A stretch of 64,000 nucleotides of DNA from PVC group bacterium (lineage in GTDB: Bacteria; Omnitrophota; Gorgyraeia; B26-G9). The notes under the pieces were generated by a model. That model saw only the letters and a program-made list of their open reading frames with translations, searched no databases and was not told where the DNA came from. The stretch lies in assembly GCA_024231215.1 (NCBI GenBank), contig JAAEQR010000072.1, positions 385,210 to 449,209 on the forward strand. The letters are read 5' to 3'. Below, piece after piece: positions 36,578 through 46,709 of this stretch (position 1 is its first letter; each line of letters begins with the position of its first letter). The translations under genes were made by a program, and so were the position numbers.

Positions 36578-37360
36578 ATGTTAGCTAAAAGAATTATCCC
36601 ATGCCTGGATGTTAAAGACGGTCGTGTGGTAAAAGGAATTAACTTTTTAAATCTGCGTGATGCAGGTGATCCGGTAGAACAAGCGGCAATGTATAGTCGA
36701 GAAGGTGCAGATGAAGTTGTTTTTCTTGATATTACTGCCAGTCATGAACACAGAAAAACTATGCTTGAAGTTGTCAAGCGAACTGCTGAGGAGGTCTTTA
36801 TTCCGTTTACAGTGGGCGGAGGCATAAAAACTTTAGCGGATATGGAAATAATACTTCGTAAAGGAGCGGATAAGGTTTCTGTAAACACAGCGGCTGTTAA
36901 AAAACCACAGTTAATTAAACAGGGATCACGAAAATTCGGGAACCAGTGTATTGTTGTGGCAATCGACGCTAAACAAAAGCTATCAGCCATTAGCCATAAG
37001 CCATTAGCTAAACAGTGGGAGGTTTATGTTTACGGGGGAAGAAACCCAACTGGAATTGATGTTCTTGAGTGGGCTAAGAAAGTGGAACAATTGGGAGCAG
37101 GGGAGATTTTGTTGACCAGTATGGATAGGGATGGAACTCAAGTAGGCTATGATTTAGAATTGACCAAAGCGGTTTCTGAAGCAGTAAGGATTCCGGTTAT
37201 AGCTTCTGGTGGAGCTGGAAATCTTCCCCATCTCTATGATGGATTGTTTCAGGGCAAAGCTGACGCAGTATTAGCAGCGTCGATTTTTCACTATGGAACC
37301 TACACGATTGGGCAAGCCAAACAATATCTTAGGAGGAGAGGACTTGCTATGAGACGATAA
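36578..37360 (+). CDS. hisF: Imidazole glycerol phosphate synthase cyclase subunit
   Basis: [51 protein letters not shown]. Confidence 0.96.
   Translation: MLAKRIIPCLDVKDGRVVKGINFLNLRDAGDPVEQAAMYSREGADEVVFLDITASHEHRKTMLEVVKRTAEEVFIPFTVGGGIKTLADMEIILRKGADKVSVNTAAVKKPQLIKQGSRKFGNQCIVVAIDAKQKLSAISHKPLAKQWEVYVYGGRNPTGIDVLEWAKKVEQLGAGEILLTSMDRDGTQVGYDLELTKAVSEAVRIPVIASGGAGNLPHLYDGLFQGKADAVLAASIFHYGTYTIGQAKQYLRRRGLAMRR
36978..37012. repeat. 7-bp tandem array inside hisF, inverted relative to the upstream intergenic array
   Basis: AGCTATC AGCCATT AGCCATA AGCCATT AGCTAAA; translated as [12 protein letters not shown]. Confidence 0.8.
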
Positions 37361-37394
37361 TTATTGTCTTGATAGAGTAAATAGACTACTTAAT

Positions 37395-37428
37395 AAGCCG
37401 CTTTTTCATGTAAAGTGGCTTTTAATTT
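37395..37428 (+). terminator. Rho-independent terminator after hisF
   Basis: Stem AAGCCGCTTT/AAAGTGGCTT followed by T-rich sequence. Confidence 0.65.
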
Positions 37429-37533
37429 GTTATTTTAACCCCCATTTTTGAGCCTAGCTTTTAATGTAACTACAATATTATAAGATTGTTATAACTTTTA
37501 GGAGTAAGTTTCGGGGCAGGGATATTGATTGCA

Positions 37534-37562
37534 TTGACATTGTGGGGTAAAGGTGATAAAAT
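37534..37562 (+). promoter_or_regulatory. Near-consensus sigma70 promoter for the glycan locus
   Basis: TTGACA-17 bp-TAAAAT with extended -10 TG, ending 44 bp before ATG 37607. Confidence 0.8.
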
Positions 37563-37606
37563 AAGCTCTTACCTAATATATAATATAAATAATAGTATAG
37601 GAACAT

Positions 37607-38881
37607 ATGAAGCTAGATAACTTTTTAAAAGATGCCAGTATAATGTTTGTCGCTACTATTGTCAGTAGTGCTTGTGCTATGTTATATCAATTATTCATGG
37701 TCCGGTCTTTGGATCCTATAGATTTTGGTGTTTTAAATACATTACTGTCTATGACAATCATTGTTTCTATGCCCACAGGCCCTCTTCAGGCGGTAGTTAC
37801 AAGGTTTGTGGCTACCTTAAAGGCTGGTAATAATTGGAGGGAAATTAGTGATTTTTTAGTATTGTTCTTTAAAAAAGTATTTGTTCTGGGTATTATAGTT
37901 TTTTTGATTTTTTTCTTATTTAGAAATAAGATTGCCGGATTTTTAAAGATTACAGATAATTATTTGATAATTATGTTCGGGTTTTTGATGATGTTTGCGA
38001 CTATCCAGCCATTTAACTTAGGAGGACTGCAGGGGTTGCAAAAATTTAAGAGCCTGGGATTGGTTAATATCATTAATGCTTTGGCACGGTTGGTTTTTGG
38101 TGTTATTTTAATAAAATTTGGTTTTAAGGTGTATGGAGCATTAGGAGCGATAATCCTGTCGGGATTACTCACAATAATATTTTCTTTTATACCGCTTAGT
38201 CCATATTTTTCTTCTCAGAAGAGAGGAGAAAAATATAACTTTAAAAGTGTAACAAAACGGTTAGATTTATTAGCTGTCTATAAGAGTTTTTTGCCGGCAT
38301 TTATTATTTTGTCTAGCTTTGGGCTTTTGACCAATATTGATATTGTTTTGGTTAAACATTTTTTTCCGGAAGCGGAGGCCGGCATTTATTCTATTGCCCA
38401 GATTTTTGGCAAAATAATTTTATTTTTACCAAGTGCGATTGTTATGGTTATGTTTCCGAAACTTACGGAAAACCATGCTAAAAAGGAAAATACAACACGC
38501 ATGCTAAAGAAAGGGCTAGTAGTAACAGGGCTGATGTGTTTTTTAGTCAGTACGGGTTTTATTATGTTTCCACAGTTGACTTTAAAATTGCTGACCGGGA
38601 AGGCTCATCTTGATGCAATTCCTTTGATTGCTCCGTTTTCGATAAGTATGAGCTTTTTTGCTTTAAATAATGTGTTTCAGTATTACCATCTTTCGACTCA
38701 TAATGTTAAAGGAGTTTATTTGTTTTTAATCGCGGTAGTATTGCAGATTTTGTTGATTTGTTTGTATCATGGCAGTTTGTTGCAAGTTTTATACGTGCTT
38801 ACCGGGTGTGCTGCTTTATTGTTTTTTGCGAACACGGTAACAATAAAAAGGATGATAAAAAATGAGAAGTTTGCAGGATAA
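37607..38881 (+). CDS. Wzx-like oligosaccharide flippase (MOP superfamily)
   Basis: About 12 hydrophobic segments, DIVLVKHFF...AGIYS...FP motif; heads the glycan locus. Confidence 0.82.
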   Translation: MKLDNFLKDASIMFVATIVSSACAMLYQLFMVRSLDPIDFGVLNTLLSMTIIVSMPTGPLQAVVTRFVATLKAGNNWREISDFLVLFFKKVFVLGIIVFLIFFLFRNKIAGFLKITDNYLIIMFGFLMMFATIQPFNLGGLQGLQKFKSLGLVNIINALARLVFGVILIKFGFKVYGALGAIILSGLLTIIFSFIPLSPYFSSQKRGEKYNFKSVTKRLDLLAVYKSFLPAFIILSSFGLLTNIDIVLVKHFFPEAEAGIYSIAQIFGKIILFLPSAIVMVMFPKLTENHAKKENTTRMLKKGLVVTGLMCFLVSTGFIMFPQLTLKLLTGKAHLDAIPLIAPFSISMSFFALNNVFQYYHLSTHNVKGVYLFLIAVVLQILLICLYHGSLLQVLYVLTGCAALLFFANTVTIKRMIKNEKFAG

Positions 38882-39707
38882 AAAGATATCCGTAATTATT
38901 CCGGCCTTTAATGAAGTGTGTCATATAAAGGAAAATATTGAAGAAACAATTAGAACCTTTGATGACTTCAAATGTTATTATGAGATTATAGTTGTTGACG
39001 ATGGCAGTAAAGATGGAACCTATCCTAAAATCAAGGAGCTAGCCGGAAAATTTAATAACGGAGAAGTGCTTGTTAAACGGAATTTTGAGAATTTCGGTAA
39101 AGGCCGCGCCTTAAAAAAAGGAGTTCGTTCTGCTAACGGTGAATATATTATCTTTCTGGATGCGGATATGGACTTACACCCCGGACAAATAGCTACTTTT
39201 TTTGACATTATGGAGCTTACCGAAGCAGATATTGTTATTGGTTCAAAAATGCATCCGAATTCACAGCTGGAATATCCCTGGTATCGTAAGTTGATGAGTA
39301 CGGTTTATTATCGGGTAGTAAAGATGATGTTTGGGTTGCCTGTTCGGGATACCCAAACCGGATTAAAATTATTTAAAGCTGAAGTATTACAAGAAGTAAT
39401 GCCGAAGATTGTAATAAAAAAGTTTGCTTTTGATATGGAAATTTTAGCACTTGCCTGTCGCAGCGGATATAAGATAGAAGAGGCTCCAATTATTCTTAAT
39501 AGCCAGCGTGTATTCGGCAGAATCGGGATTTGGGCAATATGGAAGACATTGCTTGATACTCTGGCAATATTTTATAGGATGTATATCATTAAATATTACG
39601 ATAAGATTGAACTGGATTTAGACACAAAACCAAAGAGAAACGGATTGCGTAAGAAAAAACGCATGAGGCAAAGAATAGCTGGGATGATCAGGTTACAATT
39701 ATGGTGA
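38862..39707 (+). CDS. GT2 glycosyltransferase, polyprenol-phosphate (DPM-like) type
   Basis: IIPAFNE, VDDGSKD, NFGKG, FLDAD, DTQTGLK, FAFDME. Confidence 0.88.
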   Translation: MRSLQDKKISVIIPAFNEVCHIKENIEETIRTFDDFKCYYEIIVVDDGSKDGTYPKIKELAGKFNNGEVLVKRNFENFGKGRALKKGVRSANGEYIIFLDADMDLHPGQIATFFDIMELTEADIVIGSKMHPNSQLEYPWYRKLMSTVYYRVVKMMFGLPVRDTQTGLKLFKAEVLQEVMPKIVIKKFAFDMEILALACRSGYKIEEAPIILNSQRVFGRIGIWAIWKTLLDTLAIFYRMYIIKYYDKIELDLDTKPKRNGLRKKKRMRQRIAGMIRLQLW

Positions 39708-39711
39708 AAAC

Positions 39712-40674
39712 ATGAATATTTTAATAACAGGTGGGGCAGGGTTTATTGGTTCACATTTATGTAAAAGGTTCCTTAGTGAAGGGCATTCTGTTATTTGTTT
39801 AGATAATTTTATTACAGGTTCCAGAAAGAATGTCGAATCGGTTCTTGAGAATGATAAATTTAAGCTTATTGAGCATGACATTTCAAACCCGATAATTTTA
39901 GATGAAGATATTGATTGGGTTCTGCATTTTGCCTCATTGGCGTCGCCGGTTCATTATATGAAGTATCCGATAAAGACGCTAAAATCTGGTCTTAATGGGA
40001 CACATAATTGTTTGGGAATAGCTAAAGCTAAAAATGCAAAATTTTTCCTAGCATCTACATCTGAGGTGTACGGAGATCCTTTAGTACATCCACAAACTGA
40101 GGACTACTGGGGCAATGTGAATCCAGTAGGAATTCGCAGCTGTTATGATGAGAGTAAGAGGGGCGCAGAAGCATTAACCTACGCTTATATGCGTAAGCAT
40201 GATGTAGATGTGAGGGTAATCAGAATTTTTAATACCTATGGCCCTAATATGCAGATTAATGACGGCCGTGTGGTTTCAAATTTTATTGTGCAGGCGCTTA
40301 ATAACGAAGACTTGACTATATACGGAGATGGATTGCAGACCCGGTCTTTTTGCTATGTTGATGATTTAGTAGCAGGGATTCGGAAGTTAATGGAGGTTGA
40401 CTACAAACAGCCGTTAAACCTGGGGAATCCGGGTGAATATACAGTGGCGGATTTGGCCAAGATGATAATAGAATTGATTGGTGCTAATTCAAAAATTAAA
40501 TTTGAGTTACTGCCCCAAGATGATCCTAAGCGAAGACGTCCGGACATTACAAAAGTAAAAGCGATGTTGGGCTGGGAACCACAGGTTCCGGTACAAGAGG
40601 GAATAAAGAAAACAGCAGAATGGTTTGCTGAACAGTTAAAAATTAAAAAAGAGAAAAAAGAGAAAGTTAAATGA
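39712..40674 (+). CDS. uxs: UDP-glucuronate decarboxylase (UDP-xylose synthase)
   Basis: GGAGFIG, ASPVHY, ASTSEVYGDP, YWGNVNP, CYDESKR, DGRVVSNF, DDPKRRRPDI. Confidence 0.9.
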   Translation: MNILITGGAGFIGSHLCKRFLSEGHSVICLDNFITGSRKNVESVLENDKFKLIEHDISNPIILDEDIDWVLHFASLASPVHYMKYPIKTLKSGLNGTHNCLGIAKAKNAKFFLASTSEVYGDPLVHPQTEDYWGNVNPVGIRSCYDESKRGAEALTYAYMRKHDVDVRVIRIFNTYGPNMQINDGRVVSNFIVQALNNEDLTIYGDGLQTRSFCYVDDLVAGIRKLMEVDYKQPLNLGNPGEYTVADLAKMIIELIGANSKIKFELLPQDDPKRRRPDITKVKAMLGWEPQVPVQEGIKKTAEWFAEQLKIKKEKKEKVK

Positions 40675-41960
40675 ATATTGCTATAGTTGGTACAGGTTAT
40701 GTGGGATTAGTCTCAGGAACATGTTTTGCGGAATTAGGAAATACAGTGATTTGTGTTGATAACAATGAACAAAAAATAGCCGATCTGAACAATGGGAAAA
40801 TTCCTATCTATGAACCAGGCTTAGAGGAGCTGGTAAAGAAGAATAGAAAGAAGAAAAGACTTTCATTCACCTGCAATATTAAAGACGCAGTAAAAAAATC
40901 AAAGGTTATATTTATTGCCGTGGGCACGCCGCCAAAAGATAATGGAGATGCTGATCTTAGGTATATTGAAGATGTGTCTCGGAATATTGCCAGGAATATG
41001 AATACTTACAAAGTGGTGGTTGAGAAAAGCACTGTCCCGGTAGAGACGAACAAATGGGTTAAATATATTATGCGGCTGAACAATAATAAAATTGATTTTG
41101 ATGTGGCGTCTAATCCTGAATTTTTAAAAGAAGGATCGGCCATTGCTGATTTTATGCATCCAGACAGAATCGTGTTGGGTGTTGAGAGTGAGAAAGCTAA
41201 GAAGTTATTGATCCAGTTATATAAACCTCTTAAAGCACCTATAGTTATCACTAATATCCAGAGCGCCGAGATTATCAAACATGCTTCCAATTCATTTTTG
41301 GCAACAAAGATTTCTTTTATTAATGCAGTAGCTAATATTTGTGAAAAAGTAGGTGCCGATGTGGAACAGGTAGCTGAAGGCATGGGCATGGATAAAAGAA
41401 TTGGCCGGAATTTTTTAAATGCAGGGGTAGGGTACGGAGGAAGTTGTTTTCCGAAAGATGTGAAAGCGTTTATCAGGATTGCGGAAAAACTGGGTTGTGG
41501 GTTTGAAATGTTAAAAGAAGTCGAAAGAGTTAACGAAGACCAAAAGAAGTTATTATTTAAAAAAATTGAACAGGCGTTATGGATCTTAAATGAAAAAACT
41601 ATTGGAATCTTGGGGGTGGCGTTTAAACCGGACACAGATGATATTAGAAGCGCTCCAGCAATAGATATTATGAAAATGCTTCAGGGCGAAGGAGCTCATG
41701 TTAAAGCATATGATCCTAAGGCAATGGAGCATGCCAAAGACATTTTGCCTAATGTTGAGTTTTGTAAAAATGCATATGAAGTTGCTAAGGGAGCTGATGC
41801 ATTGGTTATCATGACTGAGTGGCCGGAATTCAAGAAATTAAATCTTAGTAAAATTAAGACAATTTTGCATCATCCAATTATTATCGATGGTAGGAATATT
41901 TTCAATCCGGCAAAAATGAAAAAAATGGGATTTAAATATACAAATGTCGGGAATTTGTAA
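40671..41960 (+). CDS. ugd: UDP-glucose 6-dehydrogenase
   Basis: GTGYVG, KSTVPV, SNPEFL, GYGGSCFPKD, FKPDTDD, DGRN. Confidence 0.94.
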   Translation: MNIAIVGTGYVGLVSGTCFAELGNTVICVDNNEQKIADLNNGKIPIYEPGLEELVKKNRKKKRLSFTCNIKDAVKKSKVIFIAVGTPPKDNGDADLRYIEDVSRNIARNMNTYKVVVEKSTVPVETNKWVKYIMRLNNNKIDFDVASNPEFLKEGSAIADFMHPDRIVLGVESEKAKKLLIQLYKPLKAPIVITNIQSAEIIKHASNSFLATKISFINAVANICEKVGADVEQVAEGMGMDKRIGRNFLNAGVGYGGSCFPKDVKAFIRIAEKLGCGFEMLKEVERVNEDQKKLLFKKIEQALWILNEKTIGILGVAFKPDTDDIRSAPAIDIMKMLQGEGAHVKAYDPKAMEHAKDILPNVEFCKNAYEVAKGADALVIMTEWPEFKKLNLSKIKTILHHPIIIDGRNIFNPAKMKKMGFKYTNVGNL

Positions 41961-41990
41961 TATTGAGAATCATTATGAAAGGTTTTTGCA

Positions 41991-42992
41991 ATGGGTGATG
42001 GTAGTGTCGCAGTAATAATTCCGGCGAAACGGTTTAATAATAAACTGAATAAGTGTATAGAGAGATGTCTGGCACTGGATTATCCTAATTATGATATTAT
42101 TGTTTTACCGGATGAATCATTCCAGGAGTTTTCTGATAAAATAAAGGTTATACCCACGGATGATATTGGCCCTGCATTAAAAAGAGATAAGGTTTTAGAG
42201 CATTCGCAGGCAGAATTCTTTGCTTTTTTAGATGATGATGCTTATCCAGCAGTGGATTGGCTGAGAAATGCAGTGCGGCATTTTGAAAATAGCGAAGTTG
42301 CTGCGGTTTGTGGTCCGGCAGTTACCCCGGAAGACAGTTCGTTACTGGCAAAGGCCAGTGGGTATGTTTATTCTTCTTTTCTGGCTACCGGAAAGTATGC
42401 TTACCGATATATCCCAACAAAAATTCGAGAGGTTGATGATTATCCGTCTTGTAATTTTATTATCAGACGTGATGTTTTCGATCAGATGGGAGGATTTGAT
42501 AGCGTTTTCTTTCCTGGGGAAGACACCAAATTATGTTTGGATATTACTAAAAAATTGCGTAAAAAGATAATATATGACCCTTCAATTTTGGTTTTTCATC
42601 ATCGCCGGGAATTATGGAAACCTCATTTGTCGCAAGTAGCAAATTATGCGTTGCACCGCGGGTATTTTGCAAAGCGATATCCAAGTACATCCTTACGGAT
42701 CGTTTATTTTATTCCAAGTATTTTTGTTATATGTATAATTGGGGGAGCAATAGCAGCTTTAGTTAATAGAACTTTAGGTGTTTTTTATTTGAGTGCGATT
42801 CTGGTGTATATGTTTTTGCTCATATCTCATACTATGCTGATGTTATGGAGCAATGAAAATGATGAGTCTATTATAAATAAAATAAAATTAGTTATCCTTG
42901 TTACAGCTGGAATAGTTCTTACACATATTAGTTATGGGGAATATTTCATAGCAGGGTTATTGTCAATAAGACTAAAGGAAGAAGTTCAATGA
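41991..42992 (+). CDS. GT2 glycosyltransferase with C-terminal TM helices
   Basis: FLDDD, GGFD, GEDTK; hydrophobic C-terminus. Confidence 0.85.
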   Translation: MGDGSVAVIIPAKRFNNKLNKCIERCLALDYPNYDIIVLPDESFQEFSDKIKVIPTDDIGPALKRDKVLEHSQAEFFAFLDDDAYPAVDWLRNAVRHFENSEVAAVCGPAVTPEDSSLLAKASGYVYSSFLATGKYAYRYIPTKIREVDDYPSCNFIIRRDVFDQMGGFDSVFFPGEDTKLCLDITKKLRKKIIYDPSILVFHHRRELWKPHLSQVANYALHRGYFAKRYPSTSLRIVYFIPSIFVICIIGGAIAALVNRTLGVFYLSAILVYMFLLISHTMLMLWSNENDESIINKIKLVILVTAGIVLTHISYGEYFIAGLLSIRLKEEVQ

Positions 42993-44512
42993 AGGTTGTT
43001 ATTTCATATCCGCCTTTAAAATTAGATAAAGGAGTTCCGTTACTGTCTCAGAACAGGCAGTTCCAGTATTTTAAGGAGCCTACATATATTTATCCTGTGG
43101 TTCCGGCTCAGGCTGCGTCACTTTTAAAGAGAGAAGGATTTGATGTTATCTGGAATGATTGTATTGCCCAAGAATGGACACTTTCACAATTCAGAGACTT
43201 TATTAAAGACGAAAAGCCGGATGTAATTGCTATTGAGACTAAGTCACCGGTTGTAAAAGAACATTGGGGAATTATTGATGAGCTAAAGCAGATATCTTCA
43301 GGATGGGGTATGAAAATAATTTTATTCGGGGATCATGTAACAGCAATGCCTGAAGAGTCTATGCAGAATTCAAAAGTAGATTTTGTCCTGACTGGCGGCA
43401 ATTACGATTTCCTACTGTTAAGTCTCTGTCAGACTTTAAAAAAATTTCCACTGACCGCCAATCCTTGTACCCTAAATCATGATATAGAACCTGGTATCTG
43501 GTATCGTGAGAACAGAGAGATTAAAAATACCGGTAAATTTAAGCTGAATCATGATTTGAACACATTGCCGTTTATTGATCGGGATTTAACCAACTGGAAA
43601 TTATATGCCTATAAGAACGGTAATTATCGTTGTACTCCGGGAACTTATATTATGAGCGGCCGGGATTGCTGGTGGGGTAAATGTACGTTTTGCAGTTGGC
43701 CTCAATTATATCCTGAATTCAGGAGCAGGACAGCAGCCAATGTTTTGGATGAAATTGAAATCCTGGTTAATAAATATGGGGTTAAGGAGATTATGGATGA
43801 TTCAGGTTCTTTCCCGATAGGAAACTGGCTCAAAGAGTTTTGCCAAGGGATGATTAGCCGAGGGCTTAACAAAAAAGTAACGCTTGATTGTAATATGCGT
43901 TTTGGCGCACTGTCACTTGAAGAATATAAATTGATGAGAAAAGCAGGTTTTAGGTTTCTGCTTTTTGGTATTGAATCGGCTAATCAAAAGACTCTAGATA
44001 AGATAAACAAGAATTTAAAAGTGGAGGCAATTACCGAGTCTTGCCGTAACGCGCGCAAGGCTGGATTATATCCACATATAACAATAATGTTTGGTTATCC
44101 CTGGGAAAGTTATGAGGATGCTCAAAACACTCTTAAACTAGGCAAATTTCTGCTTGAAAAAGACTATGCTTATACCATGCAGTCTACGATAGTTGTGCCT
44201 TATCCGGGTACTTTGCTATATAAAGACTGCAAAGAAAAGGATCTGCTTTACACTACAGATTGGACAGAATATGACATGAGAAAACCGGTAATGAAGATTG
44301 ATTTTTCTCCGGAAAAACTGCTAGAATTAGTGCAGAGTTTATATTCAGTGAGTTTTTCTCCGGAATTTGTCTTTAGGAAGATATTAAGTATTCGAGAGTT
44401 TGAAGATATTAAATATTTTGCTCGGGCTTTTTTTAAAGTGACTGGGCATTTATTCGATTTTAAGAACAGAGAAACTAAGTGCAGTTGTAATTGTGGAAGT
44501 AGTAGTTGTTAG
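42989..44512 (+). CDS. B12-binding-domain radical SAM protein (HpnJ-like)
   Basis: N-terminal cobalamin-binding-type domain, GRDCWWGKCTFC (Cx4Cx2C), FGIES, MFGYPWE, PYPGT. Confidence 0.85.
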   Translation: MKVVISYPPLKLDKGVPLLSQNRQFQYFKEPTYIYPVVPAQAASLLKREGFDVIWNDCIAQEWTLSQFRDFIKDEKPDVIAIETKSPVVKEHWGIIDELKQISSGWGMKIILFGDHVTAMPEESMQNSKVDFVLTGGNYDFLLLSLCQTLKKFPLTANPCTLNHDIEPGIWYRENREIKNTGKFKLNHDLNTLPFIDRDLTNWKLYAYKNGNYRCTPGTYIMSGRDCWWGKCTFCSWPQLYPEFRSRTAANVLDEIEILVNKYGVKEIMDDSGSFPIGNWLKEFCQGMISRGLNKKVTLDCNMRFGALSLEEYKLMRKAGFRFLLFGIESANQKTLDKINKNLKVEAITESCRNARKAGLYPHITIMFGYPWESYEDAQNTLKLGKFLLEKDYAYTMQSTIVVPYPGTLLYKDCKEKDLLYTTDWTEYDMRKPVMKIDFSPEKLLELVQSLYSVSFSPEFVFRKILSIREFEDIKYFARAFFKVTGHLFDFKNRETKCSCNCGSSSC

Positions 44513-44534
44513 CAATAATTTTAACGGAGGTTTT

Positions 44535-45581
44535 ATGTCACAGAAGAGAATTTTAATAACGGGTGGTGCGGGATTAGTTGGAAGTCATACGGCTGAATAT
44601 TATGCTCAAAAAGGAGAGCAGGTAACGATTTTAGATAACCTGATGCGTTCGAAGTTGTTTGGATATGATAAGGAAAGTGTAGAATATAATTGGAACTATT
44701 TAGATAAATACCCGAATATAAAGAAAATAAAAGGGGATATCCGGAACACAGAAGATGTGAAAAAAGCTTTGGGTGATGGAATGGATGTGATTATTCATAC
44801 CGCGGGACAGCCTGGCGTAGGATTTTCCATAGATAATCCGGAAGAAGACTATTCAATTAACGGGTTTGGGACTTTTAATGTGCTTGAGTGCGCAAGGAAA
44901 GTTTGTCCGAAGACGACGTTTATTTATTGCTCTACAAATAAAGTATACGGAGAAAATGTAGAAAAGATCCCTTTGGTTGAATCAGAAAAACGTTATGAAT
45001 TTGAAGGTGGTAAAATTGTATCTGAAACAATGTCGATAGACCATTGTGGACATACGCCTTACGGAGCGAGTAAATTTATGGGGGATATCTATACCCAGGA
45101 ATACGGGTATACATTTGGGTTAAAGACTTGTGTTTTTAGAATGAGCTGTATTTTTGGAACCAGACAGTTTGGTTTTGAAGATCAGGGTTGGCTGGCCTGG
45201 TTTATTATCGCAACGTTAACAAACCAGCCAATTACGATTTATGGTGATGGTAAGCAGGTAAGAGATGTATTGTACGTGGAGGATTTGGTAAAGGCGTATG
45301 ATGCATTTGTTGAAAGCGATTTTGATCATAAGGTTTACAATGTCGGAGGAGGTATGCCGAATACGCTTTCTTTGCTTGAATTTGTAGATATTTTAAAAGA
45401 AGAAACGGGGAATGATATCAATTTGAAATTTGCAGATTGGCGTTTGGCTGATCAAAAGGTATATATTTCTGATATTTCAAAAATCAAGGAAGAGTTGGGT
45501 TGGTCCCCGAAGGTTAGTGCGCGTGATGGTATTATAAAAATAATCAATTGGGTTAAAGAAAACAAAGAATTTTTTAATTAA
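44535..45581 (+). CDS. rfbE: CDP-paratose 2-epimerase-like SDR (RfbE/Tyv)
   Basis: GGAGLVG, STNKVYG, TPYGASK, RMSCIFGTRQFGFEDQGW, GKQVRD; start moved to ATG 44535 after GGAGG. Confidence 0.75.
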   Translation: MSQKRILITGGAGLVGSHTAEYYAQKGEQVTILDNLMRSKLFGYDKESVEYNWNYLDKYPNIKKIKGDIRNTEDVKKALGDGMDVIIHTAGQPGVGFSIDNPEEDYSINGFGTFNVLECARKVCPKTTFIYCSTNKVYGENVEKIPLVESEKRYEFEGGKIVSETMSIDHCGHTPYGASKFMGDIYTQEYGYTFGLKTCVFRMSCIFGTRQFGFEDQGWLAWFIIATLTNQPITIYGDGKQVRDVLYVEDLVKAYDAFVESDFDHKVYNVGGGMPNTLSLLEFVDILKEETGNDINLKFADWRLADQKVYISDISKIKEELGWSPKVSARDGIIKIINWVKENKEFFN

Positions 45582-45599
45582 AAACAAGGTTTTGGTCTA

Positions 45600-46709
45600 A
45601 TGAGAATTTTAATTTTTAATTGGCGGGATATAAAGCATCCTAAAGCAGGTGGAGCAGAGGTCTATATCCATGAAAATGCTAAACAGTGGGTAAAAGAGGG
45701 GCACGATGTTGCTATTTTAACTAGTAGTTTTAAGGGGGCAGCTGAACAGGATGATGTGATTGATGGAATAAAGATATATAGAGTCGGAGGTACTTATACT
45801 GTTTATTTGAGAGCGATGTGTCTTTATTTATCTAAACTTAAAGATAAGTATGATGTAATTGTCGATGCGGTAAATACCATACCTTTTTTCACCCCTCTAT
45901 ATGTGCGTAAGCCGATCATATCTTTGATATTTCAATTTACACGGGATGTGTATTTTAAAGTTTTCCCTTGGCTTATAGCCCAGATTGCTTATCATATTGA
46001 ACCTTTGCTTTTTAAATTATACAAAAAACATGCGGTTGTTGTACTTTCTGAAAGCATTAAACAGGAGTTAGTAGAAGATGGTTTTGCTGGAGAAAATATT
46101 TTTGTTGTAGAACCTGGGGTAGGGCATGTGGAGATGACTTCTTTCAAGAAAACAAAGATGCCGACGATTGTGTACTTAAACCGAATCATTCAATATAAAA
46201 ATCCTGACCATGTTGTTTTAGCTTTACCGGAGATAAAAAAACAGATTCCCGAAGCCAAGCTGGTTATTACCGGGTTTCGATTTGATAATGCGTATGAAAA
46301 AAAAGTAAAATCTCTGATCAAAGAACTTAATCTTCAAGAAGATGTCAAGACATATGGCTTTATATCGGGAGATAAAAAACGGGAACTTTTACAAAGCTCA
46401 TGGGTTCATGTTTTGCCGTCTATACGAGAGGGCTGGGGCATTTCTGTTATTGAAGCAGGTTATTATGGTACGCCTACGGTAGGATATGATACGGTAGGGT
46501 TGCGGGATTCTGTGCAAGACGGAAAAACCGGTATTTTAGTGCCGTCCGGAGATATTAAAGCTTTGGCTGATGCAATAACCAAAATGCTTAAAGAAGATGA
46601 GTTAAGAAATAGAATGGAAAAGAATGTTTCAGACTATGCGCGCACTTTTAATTATGATCAGAAAGCAAAAGTGTTCCTTGCTGTAATAGAGCAAAAGTAT
46701 AAGCCATGA
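45600..46709 (+). CDS. GT4 glycosyltransferase
   Basis: NWRDIKHPKAGGAE, PSIREGWGISVIEA. Confidence 0.9.
   Translation: MRILIFNWRDIKHPKAGGAEVYIHENAKQWVKEGHDVAILTSSFKGAAEQDDVIDGIKIYRVGGTYTVYLRAMCLYLSKLKDKYDVIVDAVNTIPFFTPLYVRKPIISLIFQFTRDVYFKVFPWLIAQIAYHIEPLLFKLYKKHAVVVLSESIKQELVEDGFAGENIFVVEPGVGHVEMTSFKKTKMPTIVYLNRIIQYKNPDHVVLALPEIKKQIPEAKLVITGFRFDNAYEKKVKSLIKELNLQEDVKTYGFISGDKKRELLQSSWVHVLPSIREGWGISVIEAGYYGTPTVGYDTVGLRDSVQDGKTGILVPSGDIKALADAITKMLKEDELRNRMEKNVSDYARTFNYDQKAKVFLAVIEQKYKP

Noticed and set aside
35830-37360. hisH/hisF as LPS-type paralogs belonging to the glycan locus
   Set aside because: HisF N-terminus is canonical, and a terminator plus a separate promoter lie between hisF and the flippase
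41006-41635. 209-aa minus-strand ORF
   Set aside because: Lies wholly antisense to ugd with no recognisable motifs; typical shadow ORF
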